The translations under genes were made by a program, and so were the position numbers. From Candidatus Fraserbacteria bacterium (lineage in GTDB: Bacteria; Bipolaricaulota; Bipolaricaulia; RBG-16-55-9), in assembly GCA_037443265.1 (NCBI GenBank), contig JBBIOR010000018.1, positions 1-33,836 on the forward strand: a DNA stretch of 33,836 nt, written 5' to 3'. Below are positions 17,758-27,067 of this stretch, one piece after another. The notes under the pieces were generated by a model. That model saw only the letters and a program-made list of their open reading frames with translations, made no database searches and was not told where the DNA came from. Positions within the stretch are counted from its first letter, which is position 1. Each line of letters opens with the position of its first letter.

Positions 17758-18617
17758 AGGGGCGCCTCATCGATGGACGGGCGATCGCCCAGCATCTGCA
17801 TGAGCAGCTCAAGCATGAGATTTCTCACTGGAAAGATCAGGGGCTCGTGCCCACGCTGGCGGCGCTCTGGGTAGGGGACGATCCGGCCTCAGGCGTCTAT
17901 TTTCACGCCAAGGAGCGCCTGGCCCGCGAGCTGGGCATCCAATTTCGCGGCTTGCATCTGAAGGCCTCCATTTCGCCCCAAGAGCTCCTTGAGCAGATCG
18001 AAGCGCTAAACCATGCTCCAGAAGTCGATGGGATCTTCGTGGAGTTTCCGCTGCCCCCGCGCATCCCGCCGGAGGCGATTCGCGAGGCGATCGCGCCGGA
18101 GAAGGACGTCGATGGGATCACGCCCGTCAATTTGGGAAGATTGCTCATCGGGCAGGAGGGGCTCATCCCGGCCACGCCCTACGGCGTGATGGAGCTTCTG
18201 CGGGCCTCGGGCGTTAAGCTGTGTGGTGCCCATGCCGTCATGGTAGGCCGCAGCGAGATCGTCGGCAGGCCCTTGGCTCTGCTTCTTTTGGCGGCCGACG
18301 CCACGGTCACGATCTGCCACAGCCAGACTCACGCGCTAGGGGAGCACACGCGCCGAGCGGATGTGCTCTGCGTGGCTGTGGGAAGACCCAAACTCATCAC
18401 GGCGGATATGATCAAAGAGGGCGCGGTGGTGATCGACATCGGGCTCAACTCGACTCCTGAAGGCATCGTGGGCGACGTAGATTTCGAGGGAGTAAGAGAG
18501 AAGGCTTCGCTGATTACGCCGGTGCCCGGTGGGGTCGGCCCGATGACGGCCACCATCGTGATGAGGAACACCTTGGAGGCGGCCAAGCGCTTGCGCCTGT
18601 CCGCCTTGAAGAGCTAG
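17754..18617 (+). CDS. folD: methylenetetrahydrofolate dehydrogenase/cyclohydrolase
   Basis: KDVDG, PATPYG, GRSEIVGRP, TICHS, GDVDF, ITPVPGGVGPMT. Confidence 0.96.
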   Translation: MKGRLIDGRAIAQHLHEQLKHEISHWKDQGLVPTLAALWVGDDPASGVYFHAKERLARELGIQFRGLHLKASISPQELLEQIEALNHAPEVDGIFVEFPLPPRIPPEAIREAIAPEKDVDGITPVNLGRLLIGQEGLIPATPYGVMELLRASGVKLCGAHAVMVGRSEIVGRPLALLLLAADATVTICHSQTHALGEHTRRADVLCVAVGRPKLITADMIKEGAVVIDIGLNSTPEGIVGDVDFEGVREKASLITPVPGGVGPMTATIVMRNTLEAAKRLRLSALKS

Positions 18618-18626
18618 AGTGGGCTC

Positions 18627-19859
18627 ATGCTGATTGTCAACATCGGCCAGCTGGTGACTCCTTTGGGCAGCTTGGCCCGAGGCGGCGCGGCCATGGGCCA
18701 GCTCGAGATCTTAGAGGATGCCTATATTAAGATCGTCAAAGGTCAGATCGTCGATGTGGGCGAGATGGGCGATCTCACCCGCTCGCGCCCGCTGCGCGAG
18801 CCTGCTCTGGATGCCCGGCGCGGCGTGGTCATCCCCGGCCTAGTCGATCCCCATACCCATGCCGTGTTTGCCGGCAGCCGCGAGGAAGAGTTTCTCGCGC
18901 GTTGTCAAGGCCAGCCCTACGGAAAGGGGATCCTCACGACCGTAGAGGGCGTGCGCGCGGCCACAGAAGAGCAGCTCTATCGCGAGTCCAAGCGCTTCTT
19001 GATGGAGATGCTCAGAGGGGGCACCACCACGGTGGAGATCAAGAGCGGCTACGGCCTAGATACGCCCAACGAACTCAAGATGCTGCGCGTCATTCGACGG
19101 CTCAAGCACGAGCTGCCGATGGAGATCGTGCCGACGTTTCTGGGGGCCCATGCCGTGCCGGATGGTCAAAGTAAATCTGAATATATCGGGGAGATCATCG
19201 GGCGGATGATCCCGCAGGTCAAGGGCAAGCGCCTGGCGGAGTTTTGCGATGTCTTCTGTGAGAGGGGCTTTTTCGATGTGAACGAGGGTCGCGAGATCCT
19301 GCGGGCGGCGCAGGGAGCAGGGCTAAAGCTCAAGATTCACGCGGAGGAGTTCAGCCATTCGCGCGGGGCGGATCTGGCCGCGGAGCTGGGAGCCGTCTCC
19401 GCAGATCATCTCTTGCACATCTCGCCCCAGGGCATGGAGAAGCTCCTCTTAGCAGGCGTTGTCCCCGTTCTTTTGCCGGGGACGGCCTTCACGCTCAATC
19501 TCGACTACGCCCCGGCGCGCGAGATGATCGATCGGGGCTTGCCGGTGGCCTTGGGAACAGACTTTAATCCCGGCACGTGCTTGATCTACTCGATGCTCTT
19601 CATCATGGCTCTGGCCGTGATGAAGATGCGCATGACTCTTGAAGAGGCCCTTACGGCAGCCACGCTCAATGCGGCCGCGGCGCTGGAACGGGCCAGGCAG
19701 ATCGGGAGCCTGGAGCCGGGCAAGCGAGCAGATCTAGTCGTGCTGGATCTCAGTAATTACAAGCAGATTCCTTATTTTATCGGCCATGATCGCGTCCGGG
19801 CGGTGGTCGTGGCCGGGCGGGTCGTGTACGAGAAGCGCCGTGAGATCCCTTCGCCTTAG
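18627..19859 (+). CDS. hutI: imidazolonepropionase
   Basis: PGLVDPHTH, GTTTVEIKSGYGL, FLGAHA, DVFCE, KIHAEE, SADHL, TDFNPG. Confidence 0.95.
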   Translation: MLIVNIGQLVTPLGSLARGGAAMGQLEILEDAYIKIVKGQIVDVGEMGDLTRSRPLREPALDARRGVVIPGLVDPHTHAVFAGSREEEFLARCQGQPYGKGILTTVEGVRAATEEQLYRESKRFLMEMLRGGTTTVEIKSGYGLDTPNELKMLRVIRRLKHELPMEIVPTFLGAHAVPDGQSKSEYIGEIIGRMIPQVKGKRLAEFCDVFCERGFFDVNEGREILRAAQGAGLKLKIHAEEFSHSRGADLAAELGAVSADHLLHISPQGMEKLLLAGVVPVLLPGTAFTLNLDYAPAREMIDRGLPVALGTDFNPGTCLIYSMLFIMALAVMKMRMTLEEALTAATLNAAAALERARQIGSLEPGKRADLVVLDLSNYKQIPYFIGHDRVRAVVVAGRVVYEKRREIPSP

Positions 19860-20664
19860 GGCCTACGCCAAGATCAATCTGGGCTTGAAAGTCTTGGGAA
19901 GACGTCCGGATGGCTACCACGGGATTGACACCCTGTTGCAGAGCATCGATCTGGCGGATGAGTTGTTCTTGCAGCCCAGAGCTGCTGCTGAGATCACGCT
20001 GACGATGGAGCCGGATTTGGGCCTCCCCCTTAGAGAAAATCTAGTCATGCAAGCGGCGCGGCTGATCTTGAGAAGGGCAGGCGTGAGGCGGGGGGTGAGC
20101 ATCCATCTGCGCAAGGAGATTCCCGTGGGGGCGGGCTTGGGCGGGGGCAGCAGCGATGCCGCGGCCGTGCTGGCGGGACTCAACGAGCTGTTGGGGTTGG
20201 GCTTTAGCTTAGAAGAGCTCCAAACTATGGGAGTCGAATTGGGCAGCGATGTGCCTTTCTTCTTGCTGGGGGGCCGTTGTCGGGCCCGAGGCCGAGGAGA
20301 GCTCTTGGAGAAGCTTCCCGAAGATCCCTCTTTGGGTGTGATCGTGCTGTTGGTCCCTCCATTTGCGAAAAGCACGCGGGAAGTCTATGAGGCTTTCGAT
20401 CGTCTCGTGCCGCGCACGCTCCCTTCTTTTTATCCCAACGATCTAGAGGCTGCGGCTTTGGAGATTCACCCGGTGCTGTGGGCGTATCGGGCGTATCTCG
20501 AGCGCGCTGGGGTGCCCTTTGGGTTGAGCGGCAGTGGGCCCACGTATTTTGCGCTGCTTCAGGGCAACGTAGAGGAAGGGCGTTTGGCAGGCCAAGTCCG
20601 GGCTGAACTCGGTTGCCGGGTCTTTCTATGTCGACCCACGCTCTGGGGTCATCAGATCGTGTAA
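19840..20664 (+). CDS. ispE: 4-diphosphocytidyl-2-C-methyl-D-erythritol kinase
   Basis: AYAKINLGL, GYH, KEIPVGAGLGGGSSDAA, LGSDVPFF, NDLE, LSGSGPT. GTG19840 start. Confidence 0.95.
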   Translation: MRSLRLRAYAKINLGLKVLGRRPDGYHGIDTLLQSIDLADELFLQPRAAAEITLTMEPDLGLPLRENLVMQAARLILRRAGVRRGVSIHLRKEIPVGAGLGGGSSDAAAVLAGLNELLGLGFSLEELQTMGVELGSDVPFFLLGGRCRARGRGELLEKLPEDPSLGVIVLLVPPFAKSTREVYEAFDRLVPRTLPSFYPNDLEAAALEIHPVLWAYRAYLERAGVPFGLSGSGPTYFALLQGNVEEGRLAGQVRAELGCRVFLCRPTLWGHQIV

Positions 20665-20944
20665 GGAGCAAAAGATGAGTGAGAATCCGACTAGCATGAC
20701 GCCGGCTGACAACCACTTAAATTGGTTCTCGACGAAAGAGTATCGACCCCCTCCTAGAAGGATCATCACACCGATCTGCCTTCCGTGGATGTCATTGAAA
20801 GTGAAGGGAGCTGCTCCCAGGGAACGAAGGCATAGAGACTGTAAGCAAAGTTGTCAGCGATATTGGAAGGATCTACGGGTATCTAAGAAGCCACTGCCTA
20901 CAGCCAACACCGTATTCAGATAGCCGGATGCAACACGCAAAAAG

Positions 20945-20953
20945 TGCTATGAT
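20945..20953 (+). promoter_or_regulatory. extended -10 element upstream of cmk
   Basis: TGcTATGAT, followed by AGGAGA SD and ATG20972. Confidence 0.45.
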
Positions 20954-20971
20954 GCTCACAAGGCAGGAGAT

Positions 20972-21589
20972 ATGAAGATCGCCCTCGACGGAAAGGCGGG
21001 CGCAGGCAAGACGACCATCGGAAAAGCCCTGGCAAAGCATTTCCATTGCACGTTCATCAACACGGGCCTGATGTACCGCGCCGTCGCCTGGGCACTCCAA
21101 CAGGGCTCCTCGCTAGAAGAGATCAAACTTCACCTCGTAGAGGAGGGCAGAATCCTCGTAAACGCTCAGCACTTGGAGGAAGATCAGCTCTATCAACGCA
21201 AGCTTGATCAGCTGGCCTCCCAGATCGCCCGACGAAAAGAAGTGCGCGCTCATCTCATCGCCCTCCAGCGCCAATGGGCCAAGGAAGACGGCGTGGTCAT
21301 GGAAGGTCGTGACATCGGCACCGTCGTCCTTCCAGACGCAGACGTCAAGCTCTACGTGGAAGCTTCTCTCGAAGAGCGAGCCAGACGGCGCACTCTGCAG
21401 CGCCCAGGCACATCATTTGAAGAAATTTTAAAAGGGCTTCGAGAGCGCGACCGGCGCGATCAGGGCTTCGGGCGCCTGCTGCCCGCCCCCGATGCCCTCA
21501 TACTCTCCACCGATGGCAAGACTCCTGAGGAATCCATCGCCGAGGCCATCCGCCTGATCGAGGGGAGCCTCCAGCGGCGCGTTGCATAG
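20972..21589 (+). CDS. cmk: cytidylate kinase (bacterial type)
   Basis: IALDGKAGAGKTT, TGLMYRA, VMEGRDIGTVVLPDA, RDRRD. Confidence 0.95.
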   Translation: MKIALDGKAGAGKTTIGKALAKHFHCTFINTGLMYRAVAWALQQGSSLEEIKLHLVEEGRILVNAQHLEEDQLYQRKLDQLASQIARRKEVRAHLIALQRQWAKEDGVVMEGRDIGTVVLPDADVKLYVEASLEERARRRTLQRPGTSFEEILKGLRERDRRDQGFGRLLPAPDALILSTDGKTPEESIAEAIRLIEGSLQRRVA

Positions 21590-21643
21590 CCCAAACGGGT
21601 TTGGTAAGCTGGCAGGTAGCCAGCATCAACCGGAGGCGGATGC

Positions 21644-22294
21644 ATGGCCATGAAGGACCTGATCTATCTGATCGGCACATGGGTCTTGACGCTCTTTCTC
21701 AAAGTGCTCTTCCGCCTGCGGGTGATCGGCCGAGAACACGTCCCCCCAGGGAGAGGGGTTCTGCTCGTGGCACGCCATCGCAGCTATTGGGATATTCCGC
21801 TCATCATTTCTGCCCTAGGAGGTAGAAATCGCATCTATTTCGTGGCCCGCCATACTCTTTTGAAGAACCCCTTCTTCTATCCCTTTGTGAAGGGCTTTGC
21901 CATCCCCATCCATCGAGAGAACTTCGGGCGCGAAGATTATCGGAAGATCCTTGAGGCCATCTTTTCCGATCGCCTGGTGGGGATCTTCCCCGAGGGCACC
22001 ACCCGGCCCACGGACCAGATCCGCCTTGGCACCATCCGATTTGCGGAATATTCCCAGCGCGAGTTTCTCCCCGTGCGCCTGGAGGCCAACGGCCCTTATC
22101 CTCCCCGCTACCCCTTTGGGTTCCCACGGATTACGGCCTGGATCGGAAGACCCTTCGGCTTGCAGGAACTCGAAAGAGATCTTCCGACTCTGTCACGCCG
22201 CGAGCGATATGAGCGGCTGGCGCGCCGACTCATGGAACGCATCGATCGGGTAGGGCTAGAGGAGCGACTGGCCGTGGCCGCCAAGGGGGCCTGA
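21644..22294 (+). CDS. plsC: 1-acyl-sn-glycerol-3-phosphate acyltransferase (PlsC family)
   Basis: HRSYWD (HX4D) and IFPEGT motifs; cmk-plsC-ispH synteny. Confidence 0.85.
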   Translation: MAMKDLIYLIGTWVLTLFLKVLFRLRVIGREHVPPGRGVLLVARHRSYWDIPLIISALGGRNRIYFVARHTLLKNPFFYPFVKGFAIPIHRENFGREDYRKILEAIFSDRLVGIFPEGTTRPTDQIRLGTIRFAEYSQREFLPVRLEANGPYPPRYPFGFPRITAWIGRPFGLQELERDLPTLSRRERYERLARRLMERIDRVGLEERLAVAAKGA

Positions 22295-22297
22295 GCG

Positions 22298-23179
22298 ATG
22301 GTGGAGATCATTCGGGCCAAGAGCGCCGGCTTCTGCTTCGGAGTGGAAAGAATCTTGGAGATGGCGGAAGAACTGCTGGCCCAAAGAGACGGCGTGGCGA
22401 CCTACTGTCTGGGTGAGCTGATCCATAATCCCCAAGAAGTCAGGCGCATTGAGCAGTTGGGCATGCGGTTCATCCGTGACCCGGCTGAGCTGCCTCCCCT
22501 TGGGCCGGGCCAGCAGGGCCGCGTGCTCATCCGCGCCCACGGCGTCTCCCCCCAAGTGAAAGAGGCCATCCAGGCTCGAGGCTATGAGATCGCCGACGGG
22601 ACCTGTCCGCTGGTGACGATCCCCCAGCGCTTCGCCCGAGAGCTCGTCCTTGCCGGCTATCGGCTTGTCATCATGGGCCATGAGGATCACCCCGAGATTC
22701 AGGGCATTGTGGGAGGAGTCGAGAGCCTAGGAGGGCGCGTGGACGTGGTGACTGGCGTCGAGGAGATCGAACGGCTCGCCCTCAAGGCTTCGGATCGGGT
22801 GGGGCTCATCTCTCAAACCACCCATCCCTATCCCAAATTTGCGGAGCTAGTCTCGGCCGTGTTGGAAAGAGTTCTCGAAGTGCGGGCATATAATACCATA
22901 TGCCAGGCGACGTTTGAACGGCAAGAGGCCATGCGGGAGTTGGCTCCTCAGGTGGACGTGGTCATCGTAGTGGGCGGACGTCAAAGCTCGAACACGAATC
23001 GCCTGGTGGAGATTGCAGCAGAGTACACCAGATGCTATCATGTGGAAGAGGCCGCAGAGCTCAGGCCGGAATGGTTCCAGGGTGTAAGGCGGGTCGGTGT
23101 CTCAGCGGGGGCTTCCACCCCAGAGCGGGTTATTAGTGCTGTGTGCGAACGAATCCGGACGTTAGTGGGTGACTCGTAA
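22298..23179 (+). CDS. ispH: 4-hydroxy-3-methylbut-2-enyl diphosphate reductase
   Basis: GFCFGV, IHNP, RAHG, TCPLV, HPE, SQTT, TICQAT..RQ, SSNT, AGASTP. Confidence 0.96.
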   Translation: MVEIIRAKSAGFCFGVERILEMAEELLAQRDGVATYCLGELIHNPQEVRRIEQLGMRFIRDPAELPPLGPGQQGRVLIRAHGVSPQVKEAIQARGYEIADGTCPLVTIPQRFARELVLAGYRLVIMGHEDHPEIQGIVGGVESLGGRVDVVTGVEEIERLALKASDRVGLISQTTHPYPKFAELVSAVLERVLEVRAYNTICQATFERQEAMRELAPQVDVVIVVGGRQSSNTNRLVEIAAEYTRCYHVEEAAELRPEWFQGVRRVGVSAGASTPERVISAVCERIRTLVGDS

Positions 23180-24832
23180 ATGCAGAGCGATAGGATGGGA
23201 GAGTTCTTCGAGGCCAAGGACGTCATGCTCTATAGCCGTGGCGATGTGTTGCGAGGGCGGGCTGTACAGGCCACCGAGTCGGTCATCTTAGTGGATATCG
23301 GCTACAAGTCGGAGGCGCAGCTTAGGCCCCAGGAGCTGGCCCCCTTCCGGCAGGGCGTCATCCAACCCGGCGAGGAGCTGGAAGTCATCATCACCTACAT
23401 CGATGAGGAAGAGGGTACTATCTACGTCTCCGAGAAGCAGGCCATCTACGAGAAGTGGATCGGCGAGCTGGAGAGGCATTATCGGAGCGGCGAGCCCGTG
23501 ATGGGCGTGATCGAAAGCGTCGTCAAGGATGCCGGCTACAATGTGAATCTCAAGGGCATCCGCGCCTTTCTGCCCGGCTCGCACTTGGGGCCGGATCTGC
23601 CGGCGGATATTGAGAAACTCCGCGGCCGAGAGATCCCCTTAAAGATTTTAGAACTCAACCGCCGAGAGAAGAATCTGGTCGTCTCCCACAAAGAGTATCT
23701 GCGGGACCTGGAGCGCAAGCGCCTGGAAGAGATCTTCTCCCGGCTCCAACCCGGCCAGATCATCGAAGGCCAGATCAAGAGCATCGTGGATTTCGGGCTC
23801 TTCGTCGATGTGGGCGGGTTTGAGGGGCTGGTCCACCGCACGGAGATCAGCTGGAAGGATCTGCCGGCTCCTCCAAACACGTACAAAGTGGGGGATCGCG
23901 TCAAGGTCAAGGTCCTCGAGGTCGATAGGGAGAAGCAGAGGATCTCGCTCTCGATCAAGCAGACGCGCCCCAACCCTTGGGTGGGGCTCAAGGAGCGCTA
24001 CCCAGTAGGCAGCAAAGTCCAGGGAACCGTGGTGGCGATTACGGATTTTGGGGCCTTCGTGCGGCTGGAAGAGGACGTCGAAGGGCTGGTACACGTCTCG
24101 GAACTCTCGTGGGGATTTCCTGAGGACCCGCGGGAGGTCGTCCAAGAAGGCGATGTGGTCGAGGTGGTTGTGCTTGACGTCGACGAGCAGGGCCGGCGCA
24201 TCAGCTTGAGCATGCGCCGCGCTCAACCCGACCCCTGGGAACACATTGAAAAGAAGTATCCCGAGGGGGCCGTGGTCATAGGCAAAGTGACAAAGCTGGT
24301 GGACTTCGGAGCCTTTGTCCAGCTGCAGGAAGGGGTCGAGGCACTCTTGCATATCTCGGAGATGAGCTGGGAGCGGGTCAATCATCCCAGCGAGATCCTC
24401 AAAGAGGGGGACGAGATCACAGTGAAAGTGATCAAGTCGGACGGCGCTCGGCGCAAGATCCGGCTCTCGCTCCGAGAGATGCAGCAAGACCCTTGGCATC
24501 GCTTCGTGGAGGACTACCCCCTGGGCACGGTCGTCCACGGCACGATCACGGAACTCAAGGACTTTGGAGCCTTCTGCAAGATTACCGATGAAGTCGAGGG
24601 GCTGATCCACGTCTCTGAGATCTCAGACGATCGCATTAACAAGCCCTCGGATGCGCTTAAAGTCGGCGATACTGTGAGGGCACGGATCATCGGCATCAAC
24701 GAAGAGAAGCGTCAGGTCCGGCTCTCGTTGCGCAACGTGGACGTACGACCTCAAGAACCCCAATCCAAAGAAGAGGCCAGGCACGAGGCGCTCACCATGA
24801 GGGAGCACCTGCGGGGGAAAGGGCTCGTCTAA
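23180..24832 (+). CDS. rpsA: 30S ribosomal protein S1 (six S1 domains)
   Basis: Repeated DFGAFV...EGL.H.SE.SW units; VDIGYKSE; AFLPGS. Confidence 0.96.
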   Translation: MQSDRMGEFFEAKDVMLYSRGDVLRGRAVQATESVILVDIGYKSEAQLRPQELAPFRQGVIQPGEELEVIITYIDEEEGTIYVSEKQAIYEKWIGELERHYRSGEPVMGVIESVVKDAGYNVNLKGIRAFLPGSHLGPDLPADIEKLRGREIPLKILELNRREKNLVVSHKEYLRDLERKRLEEIFSRLQPGQIIEGQIKSIVDFGLFVDVGGFEGLVHRTEISWKDLPAPPNTYKVGDRVKVKVLEVDREKQRISLSIKQTRPNPWVGLKERYPVGSKVQGTVVAITDFGAFVRLEEDVEGLVHVSELSWGFPEDPREVVQEGDVVEVVVLDVDEQGRRISLSMRRAQPDPWEHIEKKYPEGAVVIGKVTKLVDFGAFVQLQEGVEALLHISEMSWERVNHPSEILKEGDEITVKVIKSDGARRKIRLSLREMQQDPWHRFVEDYPLGTVVHGTITELKDFGAFCKITDEVEGLIHVSEISDDRINKPSDALKVGDTVRARIIGINEEKRQVRLSLRNVDVRPQEPQSKEEARHEALTMREHLRGKGLV

Positions 24833-24873
24833 GGCCCAAAGCTTTTAGTGACGACCGTGATAGATCATTAAAG

Positions 24874-25458
24874 ATGTCACTAAAAGCTCTGTTGGAGTTC
24901 GTCCTCTTTGCACTGCTGGCCTATCTGATCGGCTCCATTCCGTTCAGCTGGTTCATAGCCCGGCTGGCCCAAGTCGATTTGCGGCGCGTGGGCAGTGGGA
25001 ACATCGGGGCCACGAATGTGGCCCGTTCGGTGGGCCTGCCCTATGGCCTGCTCGCTCTGATCCTCGATGCCGCCAAGGGGAGCGTCCCGGCGTATCTGGC
25101 CCTGAGCTGGTCTGTGCCCATCTGGCTCTCTGGGTTTGCGGTCATCGGGCACAACTGGAGCGCTTTTTTAAAGTTTCAGGGCGGCAAGGGAGTGGCCACC
25201 TCCTTGGGCATTCTGCTGATGCTCTCCCCTCCCGTTCTTGTGCTCACCCTCACGATCTGGGTTCTTGTGGCCGCTACTACTCGCTATGTGTCGCTGGCCT
25301 CGGTCTGGGCACTGCTTCTTTCGCCTCTTCTTCTGCTGCTTTGGGGAGCTCCTCGGGAAGCGATCCTCTTGATGGCCGCGCTAGGAGCTCTAAGCGCCTT
25401 CCAACACCGATCGAATTTCCGGAGATGGCTTGAGGGAAAGGAGCACAAGCTCAGTTGA
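24874..25458 (+). CDS. plsY: glycerol-3-phosphate acyltransferase PlsY
   Basis: YLIGSIPF, GSGNIGATN, DAAKG, GHNW...GGKGVAT, HRSN. Confidence 0.95.
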   Translation: MSLKALLEFVLFALLAYLIGSIPFSWFIARLAQVDLRRVGSGNIGATNVARSVGLPYGLLALILDAAKGSVPAYLALSWSVPIWLSGFAVIGHNWSAFLKFQGGKGVATSLGILLMLSPPVLVLTLTIWVLVAATTRYVSLASVWALLLSPLLLLLWGAPREAILLMAALGALSAFQHRSNFRRWLEGKEHKLS

Positions 25459-25984
25459 GCTTCGCTACAATGCGCTCCACGATCTCCTCCGGAGTAAGCG
25501 AGGAAGTATCAATCACAAGATCATAGAAAGATCTATCATGCCAATCCAGCTGATAGATCTCCCGATAGCGCTTCTGCTCGGAGTGCTCCCGTTGCAGCAC
25601 CGCTTGACGCACAGCCTCATAATCACTCGTCTTTTCGCGCTGCATAATCCGTCGGATACGAACCCCAAGCGGCGCCTCGAGGAGGACCTTGAGCGCCTCA
25701 ATATGATTCTTATGGGCGAGATATCCCGTAAGACGGCCTTCGAATACGCCCTCAGGCTTTGTGCGCATCAGCTCTAATATTTGGGCATCGAGATCCTGAT
25801 CGATCTTCCAATGGGTCTCCGCCCTTCTTCCCAGCTCCTCGAGTGAGACTCCGGCTTCACGGCTCATCCGGCGGAAGATCTCGCCTGAGGAGAGGTGATC
25901 CAGCCCCAGCTTTTGGGCTAAGAGCGAGGCTACGGTGCTCTTGCCGCTGCCCGGAGGCCCGCTGATCGTGATCCTCTTCTTCAT
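25451..25984 (-). CDS. archaeal-type cytidylate-kinase-like NMP kinase (COG1102)
   Basis: ITISGPPGSGKSTVA, SSGEIFR, IDQDLD, EGRL, RE.SEQKRYREIY, YDLVIDTS. Start ATG25984 (or 25993). Confidence 0.88.
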   Translation of the reverse strand: MKKRITISGPPGSGKSTVASLLAQKLGLDHLSSGEIFRRMSREAGVSLEELGRRAETHWKIDQDLDAQILELMRTKPEGVFEGRLTGYLAHKNHIEALKVLLEAPLGVRIRRIMQREKTSDYEAVRQAVLQREHSEQKRYREIYQLDWHDRSFYDLVIDTSSLTPEEIVERIVAKLN

Positions 25985-26001
25985 CACACCCAACTAAAGC
26001 T

Positions 26002-26868
26002 TTACTCGATGTTTCGGATCTGTTCTCTTAGGCACTCAATATGGTTCTTCATCTCGATGAGCCGCTGGGCGAGCTCGCCGTCGCGGGCCTTGGCGGCCAT
26101 GGTGTTCACCTCGCGGTACATCTCCTGAGCCAGAAAATCGAGCGGTCGACCGGCAGGCTCAGGGCCCTTAAGTGCCTCCTCGGCTGCCCCTAGATGGATC
26201 CTCAAGCGTGCGATCTCTTCAGTGATGTCCGCGCGCTCCGCCCAGAGGGCCACCTCTTGCTCCACCCTCTCGGCGTTGAGCTGGATGTCCGGCTCCAGCG
26301 CGCGAATTCGTTGCTGAAGCCGCTCCCTGTAGAGCCACTTGAGCTGAGTGGCATGAGCTTCCACTTGAGCGAGCGCCTGCTCGAGTGCCCGAAGATGCTG
26401 AGTCAGCTCGGCGGCCAGCGCCTGGCCCTCGCGGCACCGCATCTCCCATGCCGCATCGATGGCCTTCTGAAACGCTTCTTCGAGCACAGGCCATAGGCCC
26501 TCCGGATCCGGAAGGAGCGGCTGGAGCGCGCCTGAAAGCCTCAAGAGATGATCCAGCGAGATGTGCTCATCGAGCCCGAGCTCTTGAGCCAGATGCCGCA
26601 GGGCCTCGTAATGCTGGCGTGCCGTCGCCACGTCGAACGTCAAAGCGGGCCATCCCTCGCGTTGGAGTTGGATGGCTGCCTCTATCCGGCCTCGGCGGAA
26701 GCTCTTGCGGAGCAGTTCCATGGCTCGAAGCTCCAGGGCTTCATAGCCCTCCAGGCCGCGGACTTGGAGATCGAGGTATTTATGATTGAGCGTTTTGATT
26801 TTGACGGAGACGATCCAGCTGTGGCCTTGCGCGGCTCCCTCGCCGTAGCCGGTCATGCTCGTGATCAT
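26002..26868 (-). CDS. yicC: YicC/YloC family endoribonuclease
   Basis: SMTGYG, N(H)KYLD, DITEEIARL, GRPLDFLAQEMYREVNT, LREQIRNIE. Confidence 0.94.
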   Translation of the reverse strand: MITSMTGYGEGAAQGHSWIVSVKIKTLNHKYLDLQVRGLEGYEALELRAMELLRKSFRRGRIEAAIQLQREGWPALTFDVATARQHYEALRHLAQELGLDEHISLDHLLRLSGALQPLLPDPEGLWPVLEEAFQKAIDAAWEMRCREGQALAAELTQHLRALEQALAQVEAHATQLKWLYRERLQQRIRALEPDIQLNAERVEQEVALWAERADITEEIARLRIHLGAAEEALKGPEPAGRPLDFLAQEMYREVNTMAAKARDGELAQRLIEMKNHIECLREQIRNIE

Positions 26869-26876
26869 GTCGGGGA

Positions 26877-26905
26877 ATTATAGATCGTTATGGAGCCAGG
26901 ATCAA
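26877..26905 (-). promoter_or_regulatory. yicC promoter (leaderless-type)
   Basis: Minus strand TTGATC-17-TATAAT, 8 nt before ATG26868. No SD. Confidence 0.7.
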
Positions 26906-27067
26906 AAGAGGAATGAGAAACCGGCGCTATACTCCGGCTGGAGGAATCTCGCGTTCAGGGGCACATTCAATTCCAGTTCGTTAAAGAACTCCAACGAACG
27001 AGGTGGCTAGCGCGCTGGGAGCGAGCAAGACCAAGACACCCAGGGCAGAACCCAGCAGCTTTATCAT

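Noticed and set aside
23648..24610. 320-aa minus-strand ORF with internal repeats
   Set aside because: Antisense shadow of the rpsA S1 repeats; not a repeat array or CRISPR.
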